From positions 32,001 through 96,000 of the forward strand of contig CAVOXA010000009.1 of NCBI GenBank assembly GCA_963700285.1: DNA of 64,000 bases. Direction: 5' to 3'. The notes under the pieces are model-generated. The model had not been told where the DNA came from and searched no databases. It saw nothing but the letters and a program-made list of their open reading frames with translations. Positions 21,998 to 31,485 of this stretch are shown in pieces; the stretch's first letter is position 1, and every line of letters starts with the position of its first letter. This stretch comes from an uncultured Chloroflexia bacterium. Lineage in GTDB: Bacteria > Chloroflexota > Anaerolineae > JAAYZQ01. Both the position numbers and the translations under genes were made by a program.

Positions 21998-23040
21998 GAG
22001 TATAGCGCAAAAGTGTGGGAGGACTGAGTTGCCGTTATGCCGGTCGGTCTTGGTCGATCAGCGATCCATCGAGTATACTGGTCTGAGCGTATCCACTTCA
22101 ATGAGGAGGCAGAAGCCACGTATCGTCAGATGTCGCGTGCTCAGCGCGAAGCCGCTTTTCTGGAGAAGGCAGCCCACATGTATGGTGTCTTGGAAGACTG
22201 GTATGATCAGCATCCTGAGGCTAGCTTTGGTGAGATTGAGGCAGAGGCTTGTGGTCTCCGGCGCGAGTTGATGGGGGAGGGATTGGCCATGTTGATCAAT
22301 GGTCGGGACACAGGCTATCAACAGGAAACGCCGACATGTTCAGCATGTGGACAGGCCATGGAATTCAAGGGACACCGGCGATGGGGGATATCAGGCTTGG
22401 AAGGTGAGACAACGCTGATGCGAGCCTACTACGTCTGCCCAGGGTGTAAAGGGGAGACGCTAAGGAATGATGGCCAAATCGTTCGATCTGGCAGCGGAGG
22501 CGTACGTGGATGCGGTAGGCAGCTCGATGTCGTCCGATAGTCTACGCCGCATCACAGAGGGCTGGGGGCGAAGGGTGGAAGAGCAGCGTGAAGAAGTTGC
22601 CGAACGAGCCAACGCCCCGGCACAAAGAGGGGAGAGTCCCCAAGAGCGGATGGCCCGGCACCAATATGCTGAAGGACTATGACTGTGGGCAGGGGAGATC
22701 ACGAAGGTGGAAGCAGCGCTGGAGGAACTAGGCTTGGATCAAAAGCGGTGGCCTGACGAGGTGCGTCAGGCGCCAGGATACTTTGAAGGAAATCGGATGC
22801 GTATGCGCTACGATGAGTTTCGGGCAGAAAGCTATCCTATTGGGAGCGGTACAGTGGAAAGCGGTATCAATACCGTGGTCCACCACCGGATGAAACGTCC
22901 TGGACGGGGTTGGGAGCGGTCGAATGGACAAGCCATGCTGGCTGGATTGAGTGAGTTACACAGTGGTCGCTTTGAGCAAGCCTGGAAGGACACCCTGCCC
23001 TCGGCCGCATGACTGTTCCCCACAGTTCTGCGCTATACTC
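21998..23040 (+). mobile_element. ISKra4-family insertion sequence, internally deleted
   Basis: Terminal IRs GAGTATAGCGCAAAAGTGTGGGA (21998-22020) and CCCCACAGTTCTGCGCTATACTC (23018-23040), 20/23 match; transposase fragments with CxxC...YYVCPGC and YPIGSGTVES...RMKRPGRGW. Confidence 0.8.
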
Positions 23041-23057
23041 TTTCGCCGGGGTGGAGT

Positions 23058-23086
23058 TTGACAAGCGGGCCGAGTTGGGCTACAAT
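23058..23086 (+). promoter_or_regulatory. Promoter of the tRNA operon
   Basis: TTGACA-17 bp-TACAAT just upstream of tRNA-Phe. Confidence 0.75.
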
Positions 23087-23099
23087 ACAGACTGCGATT

Positions 23100-23172
23100 G
23101 CCGCGGTAGCTCAGTTGGTAGAGCATTTGACTGAAAATCAAAGGGTCCCCAGTTCAAGTCTGGGCTGCGGCA
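23100..23172 (+). tRNA. tRNA-Phe(GAA)
   Basis: Acceptor stem GCCGCGG/CTGCGGC; anticodon arm TTTGA-CTGAAAA-TCAAA; TTCAA T-loop. Confidence 0.93.
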
Positions 23173-23198
23173 TTCGAATCGAACTGTCATAGCAGTAT

Positions 23199-23270
23199 GC
23201 GGGCGTGGCTCAGTGGTAGAGCATCTCCTTGCCAAGGAGAAAGTCGTGGGTTCGAATCCCATCGCCCGCT
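23199..23270 (+). tRNA. tRNA-Gly(GCC)
   Basis: GCGGGCG/CGCCCGC acceptor; TCTCC-TTGCCAA-GGAGA anticodon arm; GGTTCGAATCC. Confidence 0.95.
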
Positions 23271-23295
23271 CTGTCTTCAATCGGCCGTATGGCAC

Positions 23296-23366
23296 GGCGA
23301 CGTAGCCAAGTGGAAAGGCAGCGGTCTGCAAAACCGCCATCACGGGTTCAAATCCCGTCGTCGCCT
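23296..23366 (+). tRNA. tRNA-Cys(GCA)
   Basis: GGCGACG/CGTCGCC acceptor; GCGGT-CTGCAAA-ACCGC anticodon arm. Confidence 0.95.
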
Positions 23367-23420
23367 CTGGGCAAACGGGCTGGTAGCGTGTGACGCTATC
23401 AGCCGTTTGTTATCGGTCAT

Positions 23421-23504
23421 GGGGCGGTGGCGGAATGGCAGACGCTGCGGACTTAAAATCCGCTGGGGTAATACCCCGTGTGGGTTCGAATCCCACCCGC
23501 CCTA
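23421..23504 (+). tRNA. tRNA-Leu(TAA)
   Basis: GCGGA-CTTAAAA-TCCGC anticodon arm; long variable arm GGGGTAATACCCC; GGTTCGAATCC. Confidence 0.95.
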
Positions 23505-23513
23505 CCTGTCCAG

Positions 23514-23540
23514 GCCCTCCCCCATCGGGGAGGGCTCTTT
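23514..23540 (+). terminator. Intrinsic terminator after the tRNA operon
   Basis: GCCCTCCCC/GGGGAGGGC stem followed by TCTTT. Confidence 0.65.
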
Positions 23541-23692
23541 CTATTCCCGACTGTTATGCTAGAGAGTTGACCCTCTGGCATGAGATTCGAGGTATGATGA
23601 GTCCGCGGCAACCTGCGGTGCGAGTGCCGGCTTTGCTGCGTGCCAGCAAGACTCGGTAGCTAATGCCCATGAGACGTCGACGAGGTGACGAC

Positions 23693-24304
23693 ATGACAAC
23701 AACCGTAGACGCCCGGGGGCTGGCCTGCCCCCAACCGGTGATCCAGACCCGCAAGGCGATGCAGCAGGCGGACCAGGTGCGTGACCCTGGTGGACAATGA
23801 CACGGCTCGGTGACCAACGTCTCGCGCATGGCCGAGAAGGCCGGCTGGCAGGTAAACGTGATCCCCGAGGGCGACGAGTATCCGCATCGAGCTGGCCAAG
23901 GGAAGAGGCCAGGGCCGCTGAGCCTCAGCACGAGCCACCTGCCGTGGGCAAGGCCGAGGCCGGCCAGCGGACCCCTGGTCCTGGTGGTATCGTCCGACAT
24001 CATGGGCCGGGGCGAGGCGGAGCTGGGCAACATCCTGATCCGGGGCTTTTTCCACACCCTGGGCGAGGTGGAGCCCCTGCCGCAGACGATCATCTTTTTC
24101 AACACCGGCGTCAAGCTGGCCTGCGAGGGCTCGCCCGTGCTGGACGATCTGTGCGCTCTGGAGGCAGAGGGGATCGAGATGCTGGTCTGCGGCACCTGCC
24201 TGGGCTACTTTGAGCTGACGGACAAGCTGGCGGCGGGACAGGTCTCCAACATGTACGACATCGCCGAGACGATGCTGGGCGCGGGCAAGGTGGTGAACCT
24301 GTAG
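23693..24304 (+). CDS. yedF: Selenium metabolism protein YedF (TusA-like + DsrE-like), frameshifted
   Basis: VDARGLACPQPVI N-terminus; MGRGEAELGNILI, FFNTGVKL, LVCGTCL, VSNMYDI. Confidence 0.85.
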
Positions 24305-24305
24305 C

Positions 24306-24526
24306 ATGGCCGAGTACAGCGTCGTTCTCTTCCACTCCACAGCCCACGCCATCCGCGCCGAGAAGGTGCTGCTGCAGGCGGGCTTCAAGATCAAGATGAT
24401 CCCCACGCCGCGCCAGCTCAGCTCCGATTGTGGCATGGCCCTGCGCTTTGACCGGGCAGAGGCGGGGCGGGTAGCGGCAGTCCTGGATGAGAACGGGTGC
24501 CCATCAACGGCATCCATGGGATCTAG
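24306..24526 (+). CDS. DUF3343 putative Se/S carrier protein
   Basis: FHSTAHAIRAEK...PTPRQLSSDCGMALRF; a late frameshift extends the ORF in the track. Confidence 0.8.
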
Positions 24527-24663
24527 CTCACTGGGCGAAGGTCGACCGAGCCCTGTGCGACTCAGGGCGCACGAAGGCTTCCCGCAAACAAGTGGGCATT
24601 ACTCAGTCCGGCAAAGAGTGCCTGTACTGGCGAGCAGAGATTCTAGTGTAATGAGGATACGAA

Positions 24664-25724
24664 ATGACGATTGACTGGAACAACGTACGGCTGACCGCGC
24701 TGACCTCGGCTGCTGGCTGAGCGTCCAAGCGGTCGCCTGACGACCTGGCGCAGGTGCTGCGCCCACTGCGAGAGACCTTTCCAGCGAAGCAGACTATCCC
24801 CAACCTGTTGGTGGGGCTGACTTCGCCCGACGATGCGGCGGTGTACCAGATCAGCGACGAGCTAGGCCCTCATCTTTACCACCGACTTTTTCACGCCGGT
24901 GGTGGACGATCCCTATACCTATGGCGCGGTCGCCGCGGCCAATGCCATGAGCGACGTCTATGCCATGGGCGGGCAGGTGGTCCTGGCCCTGAGCATCGCC
25001 GCCTTTCCGCCCAAGCTGCCCGCGGCGACCATCAGCGAGATCCTGCGCGGCGCGGCCGAAAAGGTGGCCGAGGCCGGCGGCGTGATCGCCGGCGGACACA
25101 CCATCGACGACGACGAGCCCAAGTTCGGCCTGGCGGTGATGGGCACCGTCCATCCCAGCCGGGTGGGCAAGAAGGGTGGCGCGCGGCCAGGCGACCAGCT
25201 CCTGCTGACCAAGCCGCTGGGCGTGGGCATCATCACCACCGCCGCCAAGGGCGACGCAGCCGATCCGGCCCACCTGGAGGCGGCGATCCGAGTCCATGCT
25301 GCAGCTCAACCGCAGGGCGGCAGAGCTGGCCCAGCAGGTCGACTTTCACGCCATGACCGACATCACCGGCTTTGCCCTGCTGGGCCACGGCTACGAGATG
25401 GCGGCAGCCAGAGCGAGGTGCGCTTTCGCTTTCACTTTGAGCAACTGCCCTTCCTGCCCGGCGCCAAGGACTATGCCGACCTGTGGCTCTTCCCCGGAGG
25501 GGCCTGCAACAACCAGCGGACCTACGAGGCAGCACGTCACCTTCAACGGGCTGGAGGAGGAGATGCAGATGCTGCTCTTCACGCCCGAGACCAGCGGCGG
25601 GCTGCTCATCGCCCTGCCGCCGGCCGAGGCCGACCGGCTGGAGGCCCTGTGCCAGGAGGCCGGACAGGCGGTCTGGCGCGTGGGCGAGGTGGTTGAGGGC
25701 GAGGGGATTGAGGTAGTACCGTGA
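24664..25724 (+). CDS. selD: Selenide, water dikinase (selenophosphate synthetase), selenocysteine-containing; also frameshifted
   Basis: MTIDWNNVRLTALTSAAG-TGA(24718-24720)-ASK, DDAAVY, AANAMSDVYAMGG, AGGHT, LTKPLG.G, TDITGF, PETSGGLL. Confidence 0.92.
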
Positions 25725-25863
25725 GGTGGGGGGTGCCGAGCCGCCACTAGATCGAGAAACCCAAAGAAAAGAGACCCTCAGAGGATTGAAACCTCTGGGG
25801 GTCTCGCGATTGGGGGAGGATGATCTGCCTTTGCCATACGCCATATCTTGCCGGCGAGGCAGC

Positions 25864-26700
25864 CTAATGCCGGTGCGGCCCGCCTCCGCCAATCAGGAGA
25901 GCGGCGCTCCTGGGTGAGCACCGGAATTCATAGTACTCGGCCGCAGCAGCGGACGAGGTAGCAACCCTGGGGTCATGCCTCAGCTCCGAGCAGGAAACAC
26001 TCCCGGCCTTGGAGCGATACATGCTGGCGAATCGCTGGGCATCCGAGCGGACCAGGTACCGGCCGGCTTCGAACCAGGCGCTGATGCCTGGGCGGTTTTC
26101 GTCAAGCACGTCAAGCCCCGCCCCCGCGGGTTTCGCTGAAGCACTCCACGCAGGGTCGCCAGTTGCCTTGAGCACCGGGAGATTGCCATAGTTGGCAGTG
26201 CCTGGCCCTGGCTCGCTGGCAGCCAATCTCAGGGCGCCATACGCTCCGGCGAATCGCCAGTTCGTATCAACCTTTTCCTGAGCGTTGGACTTGCCGGCCG
26301 CAAGCCTGAACAGGCCATAGGACCCGGCGCCGTTGGGCATTTCGCCATCGGAGCCCGATTCGGCGACCAGGAGATGGCCAACGCCATAGGGTCCGAAACC
26401 ATTGCCTGGCTCGCCAGCACTGTCGGCTGCGCTGGCTGCCAGATGGACAATGCCATAGGGCCCGTAGCCATTGCCCAGGGTGCTGGCCGCCATGTGGGCT
26501 ATGCCATAAGGCCCGTAACCATTGCCCAGTTCACTGTCGGGTGCTGTGGTCTCGTTGCAAGCCGTCACAAGCACGGCTCCTATAAGAACAACCAGACAGA
26601 CTACCAGCAGCCGCCACATCGGCGCCTGGGAGCCCAGACGCCCTCCCACCTGCCCCTTCCCTTTCGAGGTGGACCGGTCGATCCTCTGTACCTCGCTCAT
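25864..26700 (-). CDS. Hypothetical lipoprotein with GNGYGPYG repeats
   Basis: GAAGGAGG RBS; hydrophobic stretch ending LVTAC; five degenerate G(N)G(Y/F/A)G(P/S/A)YG repeats. Confidence 0.6.
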   Translation of the reverse strand: MSEVQRIDRSTSKGKGQVGGRLGSQAPMWRLLVVCLVVLIGAVLVTACNETTAPDSELGNGYGPYGIAHMAASTLGNGYGPYGIVHLAASAADSAGEPGNGFGPYGVGHLLVAESGSDGEMPNGAGSYGLFRLAAGKSNAQEKVDTNWRFAGAYGALRLAASEPGPGTANYGNLPVLKATGDPAWSASAKPAGAGLDVLDENRPGISAWFEAGRYLVRSDAQRFASMYRSKAGSVSCSELRHDPRVATSSAAAAEYYEFRCSPRSAALLIGGGGPHRH

Positions 26701-26925
26701 GGGTTGCCTCCTTCCAAGATTTTGGCTGATACTACTCACCTAAACGTGCAGCAGACGCGTTTTCCGGCAGTAGATCATGGGTAAGTGCCGGCAGTTTAGC
26801 AGACAGGCGCAAGGTGAACGTCATAACCACGCAAAGCATCCCAGTTTTCGATTGAGCGCTATGGCCTTGCCTTCACAGCCGGTCAGTTGTACAATAGGTA
26901 GCCCATACACCGGATTGGAGGCACC

Positions 26926-27987
26926 ATGGACGAACTGCGAGTAGGCATGATTGGCACCGGCCGCATCTCGGATCTGCATGCCCTGGAGTACCTGGCCAAC
27001 GACCGGGCGCGCATCGTGGCCGTGTGCGACGTCGATTCCGAACTTGCCCGGCAACGGGGACAGGCCTGGGGTGTTTCTGAGGACCGGGTTTTGGGCGATT
27101 ACCATGACCTGCTGGCCCTGCCGGATGTGGATCTGGTAGAGATCCTGCTGCCCCACCACCTGCACTACCAGGCTACGCTGGATGCCGCGGCTGCAGGCAA
27201 GCACATCTCCCTGCAGAAGCCAATGGCTCTGACCGTTGCCGAGGCGGACGAGATGATTGCGGCGGCCGGGAACGCTGGCGTCATTTTCAAGGTGTTTGAG
27301 AACTTTATCTTCTACCCACCGGTACAGCGGGCCAAGGCCCTGATCGAAGCGGGCGAAATCGGCGACCCGCTCACCATCCGCATCAAGAGCAATTCCGGGA
27401 CCAGCCCCGGTCAGTGGGAGGTGCCCCTCGCGGCCTGGGCGTGGCGGTTTGCGCCCGAGCAGTGCGGGGGCGGTCCACTGGTCTTTGACGATGGGCACCA
27501 CAAGTTCTCGCTGGCCTGGTACTTTATGGGCCCCGCCGAGGAGGTCCACGCCTGGATCGGAGAGACCGAGATCATGCCGGGCTTGACCCTGGACGCACCG
27601 GCCATCATTTCGTGGAAGTTCCCCGGCAACCGATTCGGCTCGCTGGAGGCCGTCTACTCGCCGGAACTCGTGCTGGACACGGCCCACTATGCTCAGGACG
27701 ACCGCATCGAGATCACGGGGACCAAGGGCGTCATCTGGATCACGCGCGGGCACGGCAGGATGCTGGACGTGCCGCCCGTGGTGCTGTACCGCGACCGGCA
27801 GACCTTTACCTATTCCGACATGCCGGTTGGCTGGGAGCAGAGCTTTATCAACTCGACCCGGCATTTTATCGACGCCTATTTCAAGGGAGAGCCCCCAAGC
27901 CTGACAGGGGAAGAGGGACGCGAGGTGCTGCGCTTTGCCCTGGCAGCGCAAACGTCGGCGCGCACCGGCCAGGCCGTAAAACCGTAA
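26926..27987 (+). CDS. Gfo/Idh/MocA family oxidoreductase
   Basis: VGMIGTGRIS, GKHISLQKPMA, GGG..FDDGHH. Confidence 0.9.
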   Translation: MDELRVGMIGTGRISDLHALEYLANDRARIVAVCDVDSELARQRGQAWGVSEDRVLGDYHDLLALPDVDLVEILLPHHLHYQATLDAAAAGKHISLQKPMALTVAEADEMIAAAGNAGVIFKVFENFIFYPPVQRAKALIEAGEIGDPLTIRIKSNSGTSPGQWEVPLAAWAWRFAPEQCGGGPLVFDDGHHKFSLAWYFMGPAEEVHAWIGETEIMPGLTLDAPAIISWKFPGNRFGSLEAVYSPELVLDTAHYAQDDRIEITGTKGVIWITRGHGRMLDVPPVVLYRDRQTFTYSDMPVGWEQSFINSTRHFIDAYFKGEPPSLTGEEGREVLRFALAAQTSARTGQAVKP

Positions 27988-28004
27988 AGCGGAGGCTGCC
28001 AACA

Positions 28005-29810
28005 ATGCTACTCACCGGCTCAGAAATCATCACCGACATCCTCGCCCGCGAAAAGGTTCCCTATGCCATCGGCATTGGCGGGCACGGCAACCTGGCCCTG
28101 GTGGACGCCCTGCGCCGCACCCAGGACCGCATCCGCGTGATCATGCCCCGCCACGAGCAAGCGGCGGTGCACATGGCCGACGGCTACTACCGCGTCAAGG
28201 GCGAACCGCTGGCGGTCTTTACCTCCATTGGCGCCGGCGCCTCCAACACAGCCCTGGGGCTGGCTACGGCTTACGTGGACTCGATCCCGCTGCTGCTCTT
28301 AATCGGGGAGACGCACACCTACATGCGCGGGGTGGGCGTGCTGCAGGAGCTGGACCGGCAGCGCTGGTCGGGTATGCCCCGCATGTTGGAGCCGGCCGTC
28401 AAGCGGAGTTGGCGGATCGACGATGCCGGGCAGTTGCCCCGGGCCGTGAGCCAGGCGTTCAACGCCATGCATACTGGCCGCCCCGGCCCGGTCCTGATCG
28501 ACCTACCGATGGACGTCCAGGCCCAGACGGTCGAGGTACTGCAGGAGATGCTTGATTCGCCGGCGCGGCGGGCCCACGGCCGGCAGGCAGGCGATCCGGC
28601 AGACATACGGCAAGCGGCGAAGCTGCTGGCCAACGCCCAGCGGCCGGTGATCGTGGCCGGCGGCGGCGTGATCCTGTCGGGGGCGGAAGAGGAACTGGCC
28701 CAACTGGCCGAGCACCTGGGCGCTTGCGTGGTGAGCACCATGATGGGCAAGGGCGCCTTTCCCGAGGACCATCCCCTCTATGCCTGGCCCATGGGCACCA
28801 ACGCCACTACCAGCGGCAACCACATGACGACCCATGCCGACGTGCTGCTGGCCGTGGGCGTGCGCTTTGCCGACAAGGCGGCCTGTTCCTACCGCCCTGG
28901 CCAGGCCTTCAGCATCCCGCCCACCAAGCTGCTGCACGTAGACATCGACCCCTTTGAGATCGGCAAGAATTATCCGGTAGACGTGGGCGTCGTGGGCGAC
29001 GCCAAAGCGGTCCTGTCCGGCTTGGTAGCCGCCACGAGGGCGCTGGCGCCGGCCCGCAATTGGCGGCATGCGCCCTACACCCAAGAAATCGCCACCAGGG
29101 TGAGCAAATGGTGGGCCGCAAACCGGGAGCTGCGCGAATCGGACCGGTCGCCGGTCACAATGGGGCGGGTCATAACCGAGGTCCGCAAGGTCCTGCCGCC
29201 GGAGAGCATCGTGACGACCTCAGCGGGCAATATCCAGGCCCAGGTCTTCCAGGAGATGGCCTTTACCCGGCCGAGGACCTACCTCTCGGCGGGTGGATTC
29301 AGCACCATGGGCTGGTCTTACCCGGCGGCCCTGGGGGCCAAGCTGGCGGCGCCCGACGCGCCTGTGGTGGCCATGGTCGGCGACGGCGATTTCCTGATGA
29401 CCTTCCAGGAGTTGGCCACGGCGGTGCAGTACAACATCCCGGCCGTGGCCGTGGTGGTGAACAACACCGGCTGGCAGGCCATCCGCGACCTGCAGCGCAT
29501 CGCCTTTGGCCCGGGGACCGACTATGCGACCATGTTCGAACAGGACGGGCAACCGGTGGGCCCGCACCTGGCCGACGCGGCCCGGGCCTTTGGCGCCCAC
29601 GCGGTCCGCATCTCGCGTCCCGACGAGGTGGCCCCGGCGCTGGAGGAGGCGCTGGCGGCGGAACGGCCGGCCGTGGTGGAAGTGATGGTCGACACAGAGA
29701 TGGGTACCTCAGGCGGGCTGGCGCCCGGCTGGTGGGACGTACCCATCCCGGGGTATTTCCCCGAGCAGCGGGCGGCCTACGAGGAGGGACGGGCAGAAGA
29801 GCAGGTCTGA
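28005..29810 (+). CDS. Thiamine-diphosphate-dependent enzyme (acetolactate synthase-like family)
   Basis: RHEQAAVHMADGYYR, GRPGPVLIDLP, GDGDF...NN ThDP motif. Confidence 0.9.
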   Translation: MLLTGSEIITDILAREKVPYAIGIGGHGNLALVDALRRTQDRIRVIMPRHEQAAVHMADGYYRVKGEPLAVFTSIGAGASNTALGLATAYVDSIPLLLLIGETHTYMRGVGVLQELDRQRWSGMPRMLEPAVKRSWRIDDAGQLPRAVSQAFNAMHTGRPGPVLIDLPMDVQAQTVEVLQEMLDSPARRAHGRQAGDPADIRQAAKLLANAQRPVIVAGGGVILSGAEEELAQLAEHLGACVVSTMMGKGAFPEDHPLYAWPMGTNATTSGNHMTTHADVLLAVGVRFADKAACSYRPGQAFSIPPTKLLHVDIDPFEIGKNYPVDVGVVGDAKAVLSGLVAATRALAPARNWRHAPYTQEIATRVSKWWAANRELRESDRSPVTMGRVITEVRKVLPPESIVTTSAGNIQAQVFQEMAFTRPRTYLSAGGFSTMGWSYPAALGAKLAAPDAPVVAMVGDGDFLMTFQELATAVQYNIPAVAVVVNNTGWQAIRDLQRIAFGPGTDYATMFEQDGQPVGPHLADAARAFGAHAVRISRPDEVAPALEEALAAERPAVVEVMVDTEMGTSGGLAPGWWDVPIPGYFPEQRAAYEEGRAEEQV

Positions 29811-29844
29811 GCAGGAACTGGCCGCAGCGCTTGCGCAGCCGGCG

Positions 29845-31053
29845 CTAGATCACCAGCGAGCCCTCTTTGTAGACCGTGATCCGCTCGCTATCCTGCAGCA
29901 CCGTGATGTCATCAAGCGGGTTGCCATCAACGACCAGGATGTCGGCCAGTTTGCCGGCCTCCAGCGTGCCCACCTGCTCGCCCAGGAGACAGCACGCGGC
30001 AGCGTTCTTGGTTCCGGCGACGATGGCCTCCAGGGCTGAAAGACCGCCTTCCTCCATCATCAATTGCAGCTCAACGGCATTCGTACCATGCATGTCGGCG
30101 ATGAAGGCGTCGGTGCCCAGCGCCACCCTGACACCGGCCTCGCAGGCCCGGCGGTAGCTGCCCGCCCCCTCTTCCGCCAGCCGTTCTTCCTTGCGCTTGG
30201 ACGATTCGCTGAGACCTGCCGTGTCTCGCCTATCGTCCAGGATCTTGACAATGTGCAAGGTGGGCACCAAATAGATCCCTGTTTCCAGGAACAGATCAAT
30301 GGCTTCTGCATCCAGCACGTTTCCATGCTCGATAGATGTGACTCCCGCGCGCAGGGCGCTCTTGATCCCGGCGTTGCCTTCGGCATGGGCCATCACGCCT
30401 GCGCCCCACCGGCCAGCTTCATCGACGATCACATCCAGCTCTGCTGGAGACCATTCCGCGACAAAGGGTGAACCCTGGGGTGCGACGACGCCTCCCGTGG
30501 CAAAGACCTTGACAAAGTCAGCCCCCTCGCGCAGCACCTTGCGCATCGTCTTGCGCACCTCTTCGACCCCATCGCAGACACGCCAGGCATCCTCGTTCAG
30601 GATCTGCGCCCCAGAGGGGAAGTACAGTTCCATCAGGCCGCCGGTTTGCCCAATCATGCCCGAGACGACGAGCCGGGGGCCGGTAACGAGCCCCATCTCA
30701 ATGGCCTGGCGCATGCCGGCATCGGCCCCGCCCGCATCCCGGACCGTGGTGAATCCGGCCCGCAGCGTCCGCTCAAGGTTCTGGGCCGCCTCAAAGTAGG
30801 AGACGGCCTTGGGCGTGAACAGCCGCTGTTCCAGCGATGCTGAGGTGGACATGATGTGTACGTGGGTATCGATCAGACCGGGCATCACCGTCTTGCCAGA
30901 TGCATCCAGGGTCTCTGCTCCACCGGGGATGCTGACCTCCGCTGCCGGTCCCACGGCCTTGATCCTCCTGCCTTCGACCAGAACGACAGCATCCTCGATG
31001 GCAGCGCCGCCGCGGCCGTCAACAAGAAGCCCTGCTTTAATTGCCTGTATCAT
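29845..31053 (-). CDS. Metal-dependent amidohydrolase (Xaa-Pro dipeptidase-like)
   Basis: PGLIDTHVH, GFTTVRDAGG, AHAEG, SIEHG, GTDA, GKLAD. Confidence 0.9.
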   Translation of the reverse strand: MIQAIKAGLLVDGRGGAAIEDAVVLVEGRRIKAVGPAAEVSIPGGAETLDASGKTVMPGLIDTHVHIMSTSASLEQRLFTPKAVSYFEAAQNLERTLRAGFTTVRDAGGADAGMRQAIEMGLVTGPRLVVSGMIGQTGGLMELYFPSGAQILNEDAWRVCDGVEEVRKTMRKVLREGADFVKVFATGGVVAPQGSPFVAEWSPAELDVIVDEAGRWGAGVMAHAEGNAGIKSALRAGVTSIEHGNVLDAEAIDLFLETGIYLVPTLHIVKILDDRRDTAGLSESSKRKEERLAEEGAGSYRRACEAGVRVALGTDAFIADMHGTNAVELQLMMEEGGLSALEAIVAGTKNAAACCLLGEQVGTLEAGKLADILVVDGNPLDDITVLQDSERITVYKEGSLVI

Positions 31054-31288
31054 GGATTGGTCCTTTCTCGACTGTAGCAGCGTACTTCGCCTGACCCATC
31101 GAAACCTTATGTCTAGTATCACCCGCTCGATGAGGATCACCGTGCCGTGAAGCCGCTGCCCAGTCTCCCTGGCTTGGATTGTTCCCGAAAGCCCCCTTTC
31201 TGACTCGGACATTATAAAGGCATATGGGCCACCTGTCAAAGTCGTCTGAAGCGCCACAAGCCGCGCCAGGGCAGCACAGGCACCGGAT

Positions 31289-31317
31289 TTGACAAAAATA
31301 CCGCTCCCGGGTATAAT
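31289..31317 (+). promoter_or_regulatory. Consensus sigma70 promoter upstream of the DEAD-box helicase
   Basis: TTGACA-17 bp-TATAAT, perfect consensus. Confidence 0.8.
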
Positions 31318-31354
31318 CTCTAACGCTGGTCAAGTTAATCGGTTTGGCATCGTT

Positions 31355-31392
31355 CACCGCTCCGATTCACGCAATCGGAGCGGTGTTTCTTT
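31355..31392 (+). terminator. Intrinsic terminator inside the helicase 5' leader
   Basis: 13-bp stem CACCGCTCCGATT/AATCGGAGCGGTG followed by TTTCTTT. Confidence 0.75.
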
Positions 31393-31485
31393 GTGCCAGT
31401 CTGGACCGACTCACAGGTGATAAACCTGAATCTATCAGAGAGTCAAGAGTGCGACTTGGCTCAATGCAGTCAAGGAGTACTGAAC

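Noticed and set aside
23100-23504. Prophage or integrative element at the tRNA cluster
   Set aside because: No integrase and no duplicated tRNA 3' end seen in the window.
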